From the NCBI GenBank assembly GCA_963749495.1, contig CAVVMW010000030.1, positions 128,001-192,000 on the forward strand: a stretch of 64,000 nucleotides of DNA, read 5' to 3'. Of the stretch, positions 1 through 12,947 are shown one piece after another; the first letter of the stretch is position 1; each line of letters begins with the position of its first letter. Source of the stretch: an uncultured bacterium (lineage in GTDB: Bacteria; Verrucomicrobiota; Verrucomicrobiia; Limisphaerales; UBA8199). Made by a program: the position numbers and the translations under genes. The notes beneath the pieces are model-generated. The model was not told the DNA's origin and made no database searches. It saw only the letters and a list, made by a program, of their open reading frames with translations.

Positions 1-2846
1 CTGACGGTTACGGCGTGGTGTTCAGCATCAACACCAACGGCTCCGGCTACACGGTGCTCAAGAGCTTCTTCGGCACCGGCGCCTCCTTCGGCGGCAGTTG
101 GCCCGAGGACGGACTGCTGCTGGCGGGCGGTACGCTCTATGGGACGACGGAACAGGGCGGCACTGACGGTTACGGCGTGGTGTTCAGCATCAACACCAAC
201 GGCTCCGGCTACACCGTCCTCAAGAGCTTCACCGGCCCCGACGGATGGCTTCCGTCTGGGGGCCTGGTCCTGGCCGGCAGCACGCTCTATGGGACGATCC
301 GCTACGGTGGGGACTGGGGCAACGGCGTGGTCTTCAAGGTCAACACCGACGGCTCGGGCTACACCGTCCTCAAGAGCTTCACCGGCCCCGACGGAGCCCT
401 TCCGTCTGGGGGCCTGGTCCTGGCCGGCAGCACGCTCTATGGGACGACGGCCGGTGGGGGCAGTTCGAGCAATGGCGTGCTCTTCAAGGTCAACACGGAC
501 GGCTCGGGCTACACGGTGCTCAAGAGCTACTCCGGGAGCGACGGGGCGAACCCCTATGGGCGCCTGCTCCTGGCGGACAGCACGCTCTATGGGACGACCG
601 GCGGCGGCGGGAGCTCAAGCAACGGCACGGTCTTCCGGGTGAACACCGACGGCTCAGGCTACACGGTGCTCAAGAGCTTCGCTGGCAGCGACGGGGCGAA
701 CCCGCATGGCGACCTGGTCCTGTGGGGCAGCACGCTCTATGGGACGACGGACGACGGCGGCAGCTCGGGCAACGGCACGGTCTTCGCGGTGAACACTGAC
801 GGGTCGCGCTACGCGGTGGTCAAGAACTTCACCTTCAGCGACGGCAGCGATCCGCGGGCGGGTCTGGTCCTGGCGGGCGGCACGCTCTATGGGACGACGA
901 GTTGGGGCGGAAGTGGCCGTGGCGTGGTCTTCAGTTTGGGGGGCGCCACCGGGCCGCCGATCATAGTCCTGGGCCCGCAAAGTCAAACCATTGTGGCCGG
1001 GGACTCCGTCGCTTTCAGCGTCCAAGTCGCCAATATCGGATGGGTGGTGTACCAGTGGATTTTCAATGGCACCAACATCCTGGAAGCCGCGACTAATTCC
1101 GTCGTGCACCTAACCAACCTCCAGTCCGCCCAATCTGGGGCTTATGCCGTTATCGTGACCAATGACTACGGCGCCGTGACCAGTGCGCCGGCCATCCTCG
1201 AGCTGATTCCGCTAGGCACGACCCCGGTGGCCAGTTGTACGGAGGCGGCCTTGCGGGCCGCGCTGGCGGGGCCGGGACCGGTGACCTTCGCTTGCGACGG
1301 CACGATCACCCTGACCAACACGCTCACCATTTCCAGCAATATCGTGCTGGATGGCAGCGGCCACGCGATCACCATCAGCGGCGGCAATTCCGTCCGGGTC
1401 TTCACCGTCAACTCCAACGTCACGTTCACGGTGCTCAACCTGACCGTCGCCAACGGCCTGAGCACAAATGGCGGCGCGATTTACAACGGCGGCGGCACCG
1501 TCAACCTCAGCAACTGCACCCTGGTTGGCAACATGGCCTGCGGACCGGGTGCCGGCTTCCCTTCTGGCGCCGGGCGCGACCGCTGCGGCGGTGCGGTTTA
1601 CAGTAGCGGCAGTCTTAAGGCCTGGCTCTGCGCCTTCGCCGGCAATTCAGCCACCGGGGATGCGGGCGGTCCTGGTTGGCCGGGTGCTGGGTTCCCCGAG
1701 CCGGGCGGCGAGGGCGGCGGCGGCCTCGGCGGCGCCATTTACAGCGTTGGCGACATGACGGTCGCTGCCAGTACGTTTGCCAGCAACTCCGTCACGGGCG
1801 GCCCAGGCGGCGGCGGCAGCGCTGTGACCCAGTCGCGCAGCGGCGGCGGTTCCGGGGGGCTCGGCGGCCCCGGCAACGGCGCTGCGATCTTCAGTGGCGG
1901 AGCGGCCACGGTGTCTGCCAGCACGTTCGCCTGGAACCTGGCCACCGGAGGCGCCGGGGGTGACGGCGGCGAGGGCATTGGCGGAGGCGGAGGGGGCAAG
2001 GGCGGCGGCAGTGGCGGTGCGTTCTTTAACGGTGGACTCGCGGGGATTTCCGATTGCACGTTCGCCTCGAACACGGCCGCCGGGGGCGGCGGTGGCACGG
2101 GCGGGGAGGGCTTGGATGTTCATGGTGAGCATGCGAGTCCGGGTGGCGGCGGTGGCGACGGCGGTTCCGGGCTTGGAGTCATCTGCAGTACGACCGGCCT
2201 GTGCTTCGTGACCAACTGCACCCTGGTTGCCAACGCGGCGATAGCTGGCCCTGGCGGCGCAGGCGGACTGGGCGCCGGCCCCAGTTCGGGCGGCGGCCTT
2301 TCGCCCAACGGAACCCCTGGCAGCAACGGCTCGGCCACGAACGGCGGCAGCTCCGGCGCCGCGCTATGGAACACGCTGCTGGTGGCGGACTTGCCGCCTG
2401 AGGACACGCCCAGCGGCACGATCGACACCAATTACAATCTCTGGATCAGCACCAATGCCGGCGTGGTGGGCCCGCTGGCCGACAACGGCGGGCCGACTCT
2501 GACCATGGCCCTGCTCCCTGGCAGCCCGGCCATCGGCACCGCCGACAGCGCGGCCGCGCCGCCCACCGACCAGCGCGGCTTCCCGCGGCCGAGCGGCGCC
2601 GCCGACATCGGGGCTTATGAATTCGGCTACCCGCCGATCCTCGCTGCCGCCCAGCCACCAGGAGGCGGAGTGGACATCTCCGTGAGCGGCCGGGCTGGCC
2701 AGGTCTGCTGGCTGCTGGCCAGCCCCGACCTGGTGAACTGGACGGCCGTCGCCACAAATGCCTTCAGCCCGAGCGGCACCTTTCTTTTCCATGACCCCGC
2801 CGGTGTCGGCCAAACGCAGATGTTTTACCGCGCCGTGATGCCTTAA
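1..2846 (+). CDS. Secreted surface protein: tandem GloVer/TIGR03803-like repeats, Ig-like domain, Gly-rich beta-helix/choice-of-anchor-Q-like region, C-terminal FYR module (5' truncated)
   Basis: About 51-aa repeats 'LYGTT..GG....[17 protein letters not shown]'; Ig motif '[23 protein letters not shown]'; '[30 protein letters not shown]'; ends FYRAVMP. Confidence 0.85.
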   Translation, partial: DGYGVVFSINTNGSGYTVLKSFFGTGASFGGSWPEDGLLLAGGTLYGTTEQGGTDGYGVVFSINTNGSGYTVLKSFTGPDGWLPSGGLVLAGSTLYGTIRYGGDWGNGVVFKVNTDGSGYTVLKSFTGPDGALPSGGLVLAGSTLYGTTAGGGSSSNGVLFKVNTDGSGYTVLKSYSGSDGANPYGRLLLADSTLYGTTGGGGSSSNGTVFRVNTDGSGYTVLKSFAGSDGANPHGDLVLWGSTLYGTTDDGGSSGNGTVFAVNTDGSRYAVVKNFTFSDGSDPRAGLVLAGGTLYGTTSWGGSGRGVVFSLGGATGPPIIVLGPQSQTIVAGDSVAFSVQVANIGWVVYQWIFNGTNILEAATNSVVHLTNLQSAQSGAYAVIVTNDYGAVTSAPAILELIPLGTTPVASCTEAALRAALAGPGPVTFACDGTITLTNTLTISSNIVLDGSGHAITISGGNSVRVFTVNSNVTFTVLNLTVANGLSTNGGAIYNGGGTVNLSNCTLVGNMACGPGAGFPSGAGRDRCGGAVYSSGSLKAWLCAFAGNSATGDAGGPGWPGAGFPEPGGEGGGGLGGAIYSVGDMTVAASTFASNSVTGGPGGGGSAVTQSRSGGGSGGLGGPGNGAAIFSGGAATVSASTFAWNLATGGAGGDGGEGIGGGGGGKGGGSGGAFFNGGLAGISDCTFASNTAAGGGGGTGGEGLDVHGEHASPGGGGGDGGSGLGVICSTTGLCFVTNCTLVANAAIAGPGGAGGLGAGPSSGGGLSPNGTPGSNGSATNGGSSGAALWNTLLVADLPPEDTPSGTIDTNYNLWISTNAGVVGPLADNGGPTLTMALLPGSPAIGTADSAAAPPTDQRGFPRPSGAADIGAYEFGYPPILAAAQPPGGGVDISVSGRAGQVCWLLASPDLVNWTAVATNAFSPSGTFLFHDPAGVGQTQMFYRAVMP

Positions 2847-2891
2847 AGAGGTGCTTGGCTACGACACTCAACCCTCTGCCCCAACCCAACT

Positions 2892-5869
2892 ATGAAACGC
2901 ACGACACCCAATCTATTCGCGGGCCTGCTGCTGGGCACCCTGGCCGTGGCGGCCATGAGCCAGGCGGCCGGTCAGGAATACACCTTCACCACGCTGGCCG
3001 GCCCGGCCGAAAGTCCGGGCGCCCTCGATGGCCCGGGCAGCGCCGCCCGGTTCTTCTTCCCTGTCGGTCTGGCGGCGGACGCCGCGGGCAACTTGTTTGT
3101 CACCGACGACGGCAACCACACCATTCGGAAGGTGACGCCGGTGGGGAGGCGACGACCCTGGCGGGCCTGGCGGGAAGTTATGGCAGCGCCGACGGCACGG
3201 GAAGTGAGGCGCGGTTCAACAGCCCCTTTGGCGTGGCGGTGGACCAGGCGGGCAATGTCTATGTAGCGGACGGCCGGAATTACACGATTCGGAAAGTAAC
3301 GCCGGGTGGCGTGGTGACGACGCTGGCCGGTTCGGCGGGAAGCCAGGGCAGCGCCGACGGCCAGGGGACTGCGGCGCGGTTTCTGCAGCCATGGGCCGTG
3401 GCGGTTGACGGTGCCGGCAACGTGTACGTCGGGGACATGGGCAACGGCACGATTCGCAAGGTGACGCCGGACGGAGTGGTGAGCACGTGGGCGGCCGGGT
3501 TGAACTGGCCGCAGGGCCTGGCGCTCGACAGCGACGGCAACATCTACGTGGCGGACGCCGGCCACTTCACAATTCTGAAAGTGACGCCGTTGGGAGTGGT
3601 GACGACGCTAGCCGGGTTGGCGGACCATCAGGGCAGCGCGGACGGCCAGGGAAGCGCGGCGCAGTTCGGCTCGCCTCGCGGCCTGGCACGAGACAGCGCG
3701 GGCAACCTGTATGTGGGGGACTCTCTTAACTCCACGATCCGTAAAGTGACGCCAGCGGGCGTGGTCACCACGCTGGCGGGGCTGGCGGGAACCGAGGGCA
3801 GCGCCGACGGCGGGGGAAGCGCGGCGCGCTTTGGTCCCAATGGTCCCTCCGGCATCGTCCTGGACAGCGACGGCAACCTCTATGTCACCGACAGTGGCAA
3901 CGACAGCATTCGCAAGCTCACACCGGACGGGATGGTAACTACGCTGGCGGGCTTGTCGGCATCCCCGGGCAGCGCCGACGGTGCCGGCGCCAATGCCCGC
4001 TTCCATGGCCCCCAGGGCGTGGCGCTCGATAACGCCGGCAACCTGTACGTTGCGGATATGTGGAACCAGACCATCCGGCAAGTGACGCCAGGCGGGATCG
4101 TGACGACGCTGGCGGGCCAGCCAGGAATCGAGGGGAGCGCCGATGGGGTGGGGGGCAGCGCCCAGTTCTATTGCCCCTCGGGTGTGGCAGCGGACGGAGC
4201 CGGCAATGTGTTTGTAGCGGATGAAGAAAACCAGACCATCCGCCGGGTGGCGCTGGCTGGCGCCGTGACGACCTTCGCCGGTCTGGCAGGAGTTCCGGGC
4301 AGTGCCGACGGCACGGGCAGCGTGGCGCGGTTCTTCTTCCCACAGGGCGTAGCGGTGGACAGGGCGGGTAACGTGTATGTGGGCGTTTACAACACGATTC
4401 GGAAAGTGACGCCCAGCGGCGCCGTGACGACCTTCGCCGGTCTGGCAGGAGTTCCGGGCAGTGCCGACGGCACGGGTAGCGCGGCGCGGTTCGACGGTCC
4501 CTGCGCCATGGCCGCGGACGGCGCCGGCAACCTCTATGTGACCGATGATTTCAACAGCACGATTCGCAAAGTGACTCCCGCCGGGGTGGTGACCACGCTG
4601 GCCGGCTTGGCGGGAATTTGGGACAGCGCCGACGGCGTCGGCAGTGCCGCGCGGTTTTGCCGCCCGTGTGGGGTGGCGGTGGACGGCGCGGGCATCCTTT
4701 ATGTCTGCGATACCGGCAACCGCACGATCCGAAAGGTGACCCCTGACGGGGTAGTGACCACGCTGGCAGGCCTGGCCATAGCCTGGGGCGGTGACGACGG
4801 CACCGGCATCGCGGCGCGGTTCAACTATCCGCAGGGCGTGGCGGTCGACCGCGCCGGCATCCTCTATGTGGCCGACGGCGGCAACCACAACCTGCGGGTT
4901 GGCACGCCGAACACCTGCCCCGACGCGCCGGTGATCGATCAGGCCTTCGGCCTGGTGGGGCAATTGCGCCAACTGGATACCCGCCCCCAAACCGCCGTCG
5001 CCTGGCTTTGGCGCCTGATCCGCGCCCCGGCCGCTTCTTCGGCCGTGCTCTCGGACGCCAATGTCCGCAATCCCACCTTCACGCCTGATGTCCCGGATTT
5101 GTATGTTTTCCGCCTTGCGGCCACCAATGCCGCCGGAGCGATCTGTATTCGCACGCTGGCCTTTACCGCCGCGCTGGCGCTGCCGAGCATCGTAGTCCCG
5201 CCTTCCTCCCAGACCGTCGAGCTGGGGGGCCATGCGCTCTTCTGGGTGGAGGCCACGAATCTGGCGCTGGGGGTCACCTGCCAATGGTACTCTAACCGCA
5301 CTGAGGCGATCCCTGGCGCCACCAACTCCAGCTTTGTCCTCGACAACGTTCAACCGGCCCAGGCGGGCCTTTACACGGTGGTCGTGACCGATGCTTACGG
5401 CTCAGTGACCAGCGCGCCCGCCGCCCTGAGCGTCATCGCCCCAGTCGCGCACAGCGTCGTTCCCATGCTCCTCCTCGGCGGCGAGCGCGGCAGTTTCCTG
5501 CGCTTGGATTTTGCCGACTCGCTCGGTGGCGGCCCAACTTGGCAGATGCTGGGCGCCCTGAGCCTGACCAACCCACCGCAACTTTACTTTGACCTGACGG
5601 ACCCGGTGCGGCCGTATCGGTTCTACCGCGCCTGGCAGACCAATGCGCCGAGCGTGAACCCGGCGGTGGAGGTTTACATGGCGACCGAGATCCCTCTGGC
5701 CGGGGCGATCGGCGGTTCGGTGCGCATTGACTATATCAACCAATTCGGCCCCACCGACGCCTGGGTGCCCCTGGACACCGTGCTGCTGACCAACAGCCCG
5801 CAACTGTATTTCGACACCACCGCCTTCCGCCAACCGCCCCGGCTCTATCGCCTGGTGCCCGTCCCATAG
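2892..5869 (+). CDS. NHL-repeat protein with PKD-like and Ig domains and two C-terminal FYR-type modules; single frameshift near 3145
   Basis: Signal peptide and first NHL repeat in ORF 2892..3266; repeats continue in ORF 2855..5869 ('GVAVD.AGNVYVAD..N.TIRKVTP.GVVTTLAG'). Confidence 0.85.
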
Positions 5870-5923
5870 AACACGTTATCAAACCACTGCCTCAGCACTC
5901 ACACCTTTGCCTCAATCCATGAA

Positions 5924-6218
5924 GGGGTCCCGCATAATCACATCCTCTCACAGGCCGGTGCTCCTGAGGCGGTTCGCAACGGAACCCGCGGCACCCATGC
6001 ACAATTGCCGGGCGATCCAGCCCCAGGTCATGGTCGTCTCCATCCGCAGGCGTTTGGCAATCTCGACCTTCTGGGCGTCGCCCTTGCGCCGCCGCATTGG
6101 TTGCTCGGCATCCCACCCACGCCGCTTGAGCTCCTCGATGAGGGCAGGCGCTTGCTCGGCACAGTTCCGACCGCGACGACCGCGGGCCAAAAACATGCGG
6201 TTATGCGGGACTGACCCC
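5924..6218 (-). pseudogene. Remnant of a REP-associated tyrosine (Y1/RAYT-like) transposase C-terminus between inverted repeats
   Basis: Minus-strand 'RRKGDAQKVEIAKRLRMETTMTWGWIARQLCMG..SVANRL' resembles the C-terminal HTH of such transposases; 17-bp inverted repeat at 5927-5943/6195-6211; no catalytic HUH region. Confidence 0.55.
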
Positions 6219-6317
6219 GTTCGGTTCCGCCTGGCCCGCGAACTCTTCGGACTGCGCGCCTGAGTGCCAGTTGACGTCTTGCCATCATTCCCGTAGCGTC
6301 TGGCAGTTTTCGAAGTC

Positions 6318-9419
<3,102 letters not shown>

Positions 9420-9464
9420 CGCACCTCCCGGGGGCGGGAAAACTGTCTGCTGCAACAAGGCGGT

Positions 9465-9790
9465 CGGTTTTCATCCCGGAGGGATGCCTGAGAATAGCCC
9501 AACGCTTGGCGCTCGAAGCGTCGGCTCGGATCATTTCTCGCAGAGTCCGGGACGGGCCCAGGGCCGAAGGCCCGTCATGTGATAGCCCGGGCTGGAGCGA
9601 AGCGGAGGCCCGGGTAAGCGAGTGCCCCTCGAACACGCCCCCGGCCTGCTATGGGGCGGGACTGGAGGGATGACCTGGGCCTGCGCTCGCAGGCTCGCTC
9701 CAGCCCTGTCACATTTGGGGCTTTCAGTCCCGGGAAAGGCAAACCCTGGGGGGCTGCCTTTAGCCTTCAGCCTTCAGCCTTTAGCCTTTA
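9465..9790. repeat. REP-like palindromes plus a (CTTYAGC)n heptamer tract between convergent genes
   Basis: CATCCCGGAGGGATG and GGGCCGAAGGCCC hairpins; CTTTAGC/CTTCAGC units at 9757-9790. Confidence 0.6.
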
Positions 9791-10834
9791 CCCTTCACCC
9801 TTCGCGCTGACGCGCAGCCCGTACTTCTCGGGGGTGTTGGCAAAGGAGAGCATGCCCTGGCTGGTGCTCACGCCCAGGTAAGGGTCGTCGGTGATGAGGA
9901 TGTTGCCATCCAGATCGAGGTAGTCGCACAGTTCGGCCAGGTGAGCGGCGGCGGTGATCAGAATGCTGGTCTCGATCATGCAACCGAGCATGGTCTTGAG
10001 GCCGACGTTGCGGGCGGCCTGGAGGGCCTGGAAACCGCCGCTGACGCCGCCGGTCTTGACGAGCTTGACGTTGACGCCGTGGAAACACTGGGCAGCCTCG
10101 GCGGCGTCGCGAGCATGGTGATAGGACTCATCGCCGAAGATGGGCAGGGGGGAACGTTGCTTGAGCCAGACCCAGTCCTTGATGGGCGCCGCGGCCGGGA
10201 GGGGTTGCTCGACAAACTCGATGTGGCCGTCCTGGGCGAGCCACTGGATCATTTCGAGGGCCTGCTCCTTGGTTTTCCAGCCTTCGTTGGCATCCACGCG
10301 CAGGGTCTTGGCCGGGGCGACCTCCCGCAGGGCCTGCAAGGTCGCTTTGTCATCGGCGACGCCCATCTTGACCTTGAGCAGCGGGTAGGGCGCGGCCTCG
10401 AGGACCTTCTGGCGGATGACCTCGGGCTTGTCGATGCCGATGGTCAAGGTGGTGAGGTGCTGGTTCTCGCGGAAGCCCAGGCCGAGCAGGTCGCAAACCG
10501 GCTTTTGAGCGCGCTTGCCCGCCCCGTCCAGCAGGGCCAGGTTCAGGGCGCACTTGGCCGACATGTCGTGGCTCGAAACCGTCTGGAGGTACTCCATGCT
10601 CCCCTCGACGTCGTTGAACGAGAGGCCGCGCGCGTCCACCTTCTGGAAAAAGGCCTCGACCGTCTCGACTGATTCCCGGTAACGCGAGATCGGCGCCGCC
10701 TCGCCCCGCCCGACCGTGCCGTCGGCGCCGGTCAACTCGACGACGACCACTTTGGCGACGTTCGAGCCCGCGCCGCGGGCGATCGTCCAGGTGTGCGCCA
10801 AGTGCAAATCCAGCCGCTTGTAGTTGAGTTTCAC
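9788..10834 (-). CDS. Dipeptide epimerase (L-Ala-D/L-Glu epimerase, enolase superfamily)
   Basis: KVKMG, RVDANEGW, EQP, DES, NVKLVKTGG, DLDG motifs. Confidence 0.9.
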   Translation of the reverse strand: MKLNYKRLDLHLAHTWTIARGAGSNVAKVVVVELTGADGTVGRGEAAPISRYRESVETVEAFFQKVDARGLSFNDVEGSMEYLQTVSSHDMSAKCALNLALLDGAGKRAQKPVCDLLGLGFRENQHLTTLTIGIDKPEVIRQKVLEAAPYPLLKVKMGVADDKATLQALREVAPAKTLRVDANEGWKTKEQALEMIQWLAQDGHIEFVEQPLPAAAPIKDWVWLKQRSPLPIFGDESYHHARDAAEAAQCFHGVNVKLVKTGGVSGGFQALQAARNVGLKTMLGCMIETSILITAAAHLAELCDYLDLDGNILITDDPYLGVSTSQGMLSFANTPEKYGLRVSAKGEG

Positions 10835-10881
10835 ACCCACAACAAACCAGAAACGGGCCGGGACGCAACTACCTTGTTGCG

Positions 10882-11026
10882 ACGAGCGCCGCGAGTCCGG
10901 ACCTTTGTCGCAACCTTTGTCGGAACCTTTGTCGGGTTAGCGATGCCTCGACACAGGCGGCGACAAAGGCGGCGACAAAGGTTGCGACAAAGGTCTGGGA
11001 TCGGAGCGTCCAGGCTAATTTTACCC
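10882..11026. repeat. Palindromic element made of 12-bp units (ACCTTTGTCGCA / TGCGACAAAGGT)
   Basis: 3 forward and 4 reverse units; close inverted copy at 39141-39262. Confidence 0.85.
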
Positions 11027-11035
11027 ATCAATGAT

Positions 11036-12535
11036 TCACCTCGGCGTGTTGATATACCGCTCAGCCCAGGTGAGGAACGCCGGCCAGTTCGGGCCGGTGG
11101 TGTGCCCGCCCCGATGCTGGCGCCAGGCGAGTTCCCCCTCCACCAGGCTGGTCTCCAAAGGCGGAAGGTCCGTCGTTCCCAGGTCCGTCCGGCCCAGCAG
11201 CCGATACACCGGTCCGGCCGCCACCGCCGCCATGAAGCTGCCCCGCTGGTCCACCCACTTGCCTTCGGAGCCGCGCCCCTCCGAGGCCCCGTAACTGATG
11301 AACGTGGGCCGCGGCGCGCACAGGGCGATGAGTTCATGGGCATCCACCGGCAGGTCCTTCCACGTCAGCGGACCGCCGTATTTGAGGAAGTTGCCCGCCA
11401 TCCAGTGGTATTCGCCCGAGCCGGTGAGGTTCTCGACGGTCTCGCCGAAGTTGCGGCGATGCAGCTTGGCGCCGCCTTCGCCCGAGGAACCGATAAAGCC
11501 GATGGCGAAACGCTGGTCGTACGCCATGGCGACCAGCGCGGCCTTGCCGTAGCGCGAGAGGCCCTCGATGCCGGCCTGCCTGGCGTCCACCGCCTTGTTG
11601 GTCTCGAGGTAGTCCAGGGCGCGGCTCGCGCCCCAGGCCCACGCGCGCAACGCGCCCCAATCCTCGGGCTTGCGGGGCTGGCCCTGGTTGCACAGGCCGA
11701 TGATGCCTTTGGTGAGGCCGGCCCCGGTGTCGGCCTGGATGCTGTTGGGTGACAGGGTCGCATAGCCCCAACCCTTGGCCAGCACCTGTTGCTGCCAGGT
11801 GGGGCCGCTGCCGAACCCTCCCGGCCCGGGACCCATCGGTCCGCCCGGCCGGTTGGTGCCGCCAAATCCCCCTCCAAAGCCGCGGCCCGCGAATTGATTT
11901 GTCCCGCCAAAGGCATTGGTGCCGCCAAACCGACCGAATCCGCCCCCGAAGCTGAAGCCGAACTCCATCATCACTGGCACCGGGCGGGCGGCCATGGCGG
12001 GCGTCGTCAATGTCAACTGGATGTCCACCTTGATCGACGGATACGATGAGTTGCCGACGTGCCCGACGAGTTGCCTGGTGATGACCGGGACATCGCCGTT
12101 GGTCTCCCGGCTCGTGCTGGTCACCTCCCATCTCACCGGAGGAACGTCCTTGGGGACCCGCCCATAAATTTCGCGGTCGAAATCCTCCACGATCTCAGGC
12201 CGCCGCTGGTTCCACCACATTTGGGCCGTCGTGACTCTTTGTCCGTTTTTCAACACGAGCGGGTCCGGCAGGTCCGGGTAGGGATTGGCCTTGGCCTCGT
12301 CGTAATTGACGGCATTGGGCGCGTTCGTGTTGTTCGGGTCCGCCCCCCTTCTGAGCGAGGTGATGTGCAGCAGGTCCATCATCTTTTGATGATCCTGCTG
12401 TGCGGTCAATGAAACGGGCCCCGGCGGATTGGCCCCCGGGCTGGAATTGGAATCCGCCGCCTGCACCGTGAAACGCGAGCCAAACCCGGCAGCGGCGCCA
12501 AAGGCGATGAGGAGAACCAGGGTGGAGTTGGACAT
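11036..12535 (-). CDS. Secreted CE15-like glucuronoyl esterase/acetylxylan esterase
   Basis: Signal peptide; WGALRAWAWGASRALDYL and G-L-S-R-Y-G-K nucleophile motif; DAHELIAL.APRP. Confidence 0.85.
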   Translation of the reverse strand: MSNSTLVLLIAFGAAAGFGSRFTVQAADSNSSPGANPPGPVSLTAQQDHQKMMDLLHITSLRRGADPNNTNAPNAVNYDEAKANPYPDLPDPLVLKNGQRVTTAQMWWNQRRPEIVEDFDREIYGRVPKDVPPVRWEVTSTSRETNGDVPVITRQLVGHVGNSSYPSIKVDIQLTLTTPAMAARPVPVMMEFGFSFGGGFGRFGGTNAFGGTNQFAGRGFGGGFGGTNRPGGPMGPGPGGFGSGPTWQQQVLAKGWGYATLSPNSIQADTGAGLTKGIIGLCNQGQPRKPEDWGALRAWAWGASRALDYLETNKAVDARQAGIEGLSRYGKAALVAMAYDQRFAIGFIGSSGEGGAKLHRRNFGETVENLTGSGEYHWMAGNFLKYGGPLTWKDLPVDAHELIALCAPRPTFISYGASEGRGSEGKWVDQRGSFMAAVAAGPVYRLLGRTDLGTTDLPPLETSLVEGELAWRQHRGGHTTGPNWPAFLTWAERYINTPR

Positions 12536-12947
12536 AGTTCGGCCACAGAATAGATCAGCACAGACCGATGAAAAGCCTGGAATGTTGCTGCGCGTGCGCC
12601 GGGGTTTGAGACAGGATTCTTATTGGAGCTCCAGATCGCAGATCTCAGAGATGATGTGGCTCTTCGATCCTTCGTTTCCTTCGTCTCCTTCTGTTCTTTT
12701 CCAGCGTCCCACCCGCTGGGCACAGGAACAGAACAGAAGGAAACCAAGGAAACGAAGAGGCGGCCGGATGGGTGGCATCGTTGTGGTCCGTGGCAGTTCG
12801 TACCGAGGGGTTGGATAGCGCATTCACAGGAACGGACCGCACGATCGAGGTCGCGTTCAGCGAAATCCGCGCTGTCTTCGAGCGATGGGAAAACGGCGCC
12901 GCCGGTCCTGGTCATTGACCGGGGTCCAAATGCCTCTGCCCCGTGAC

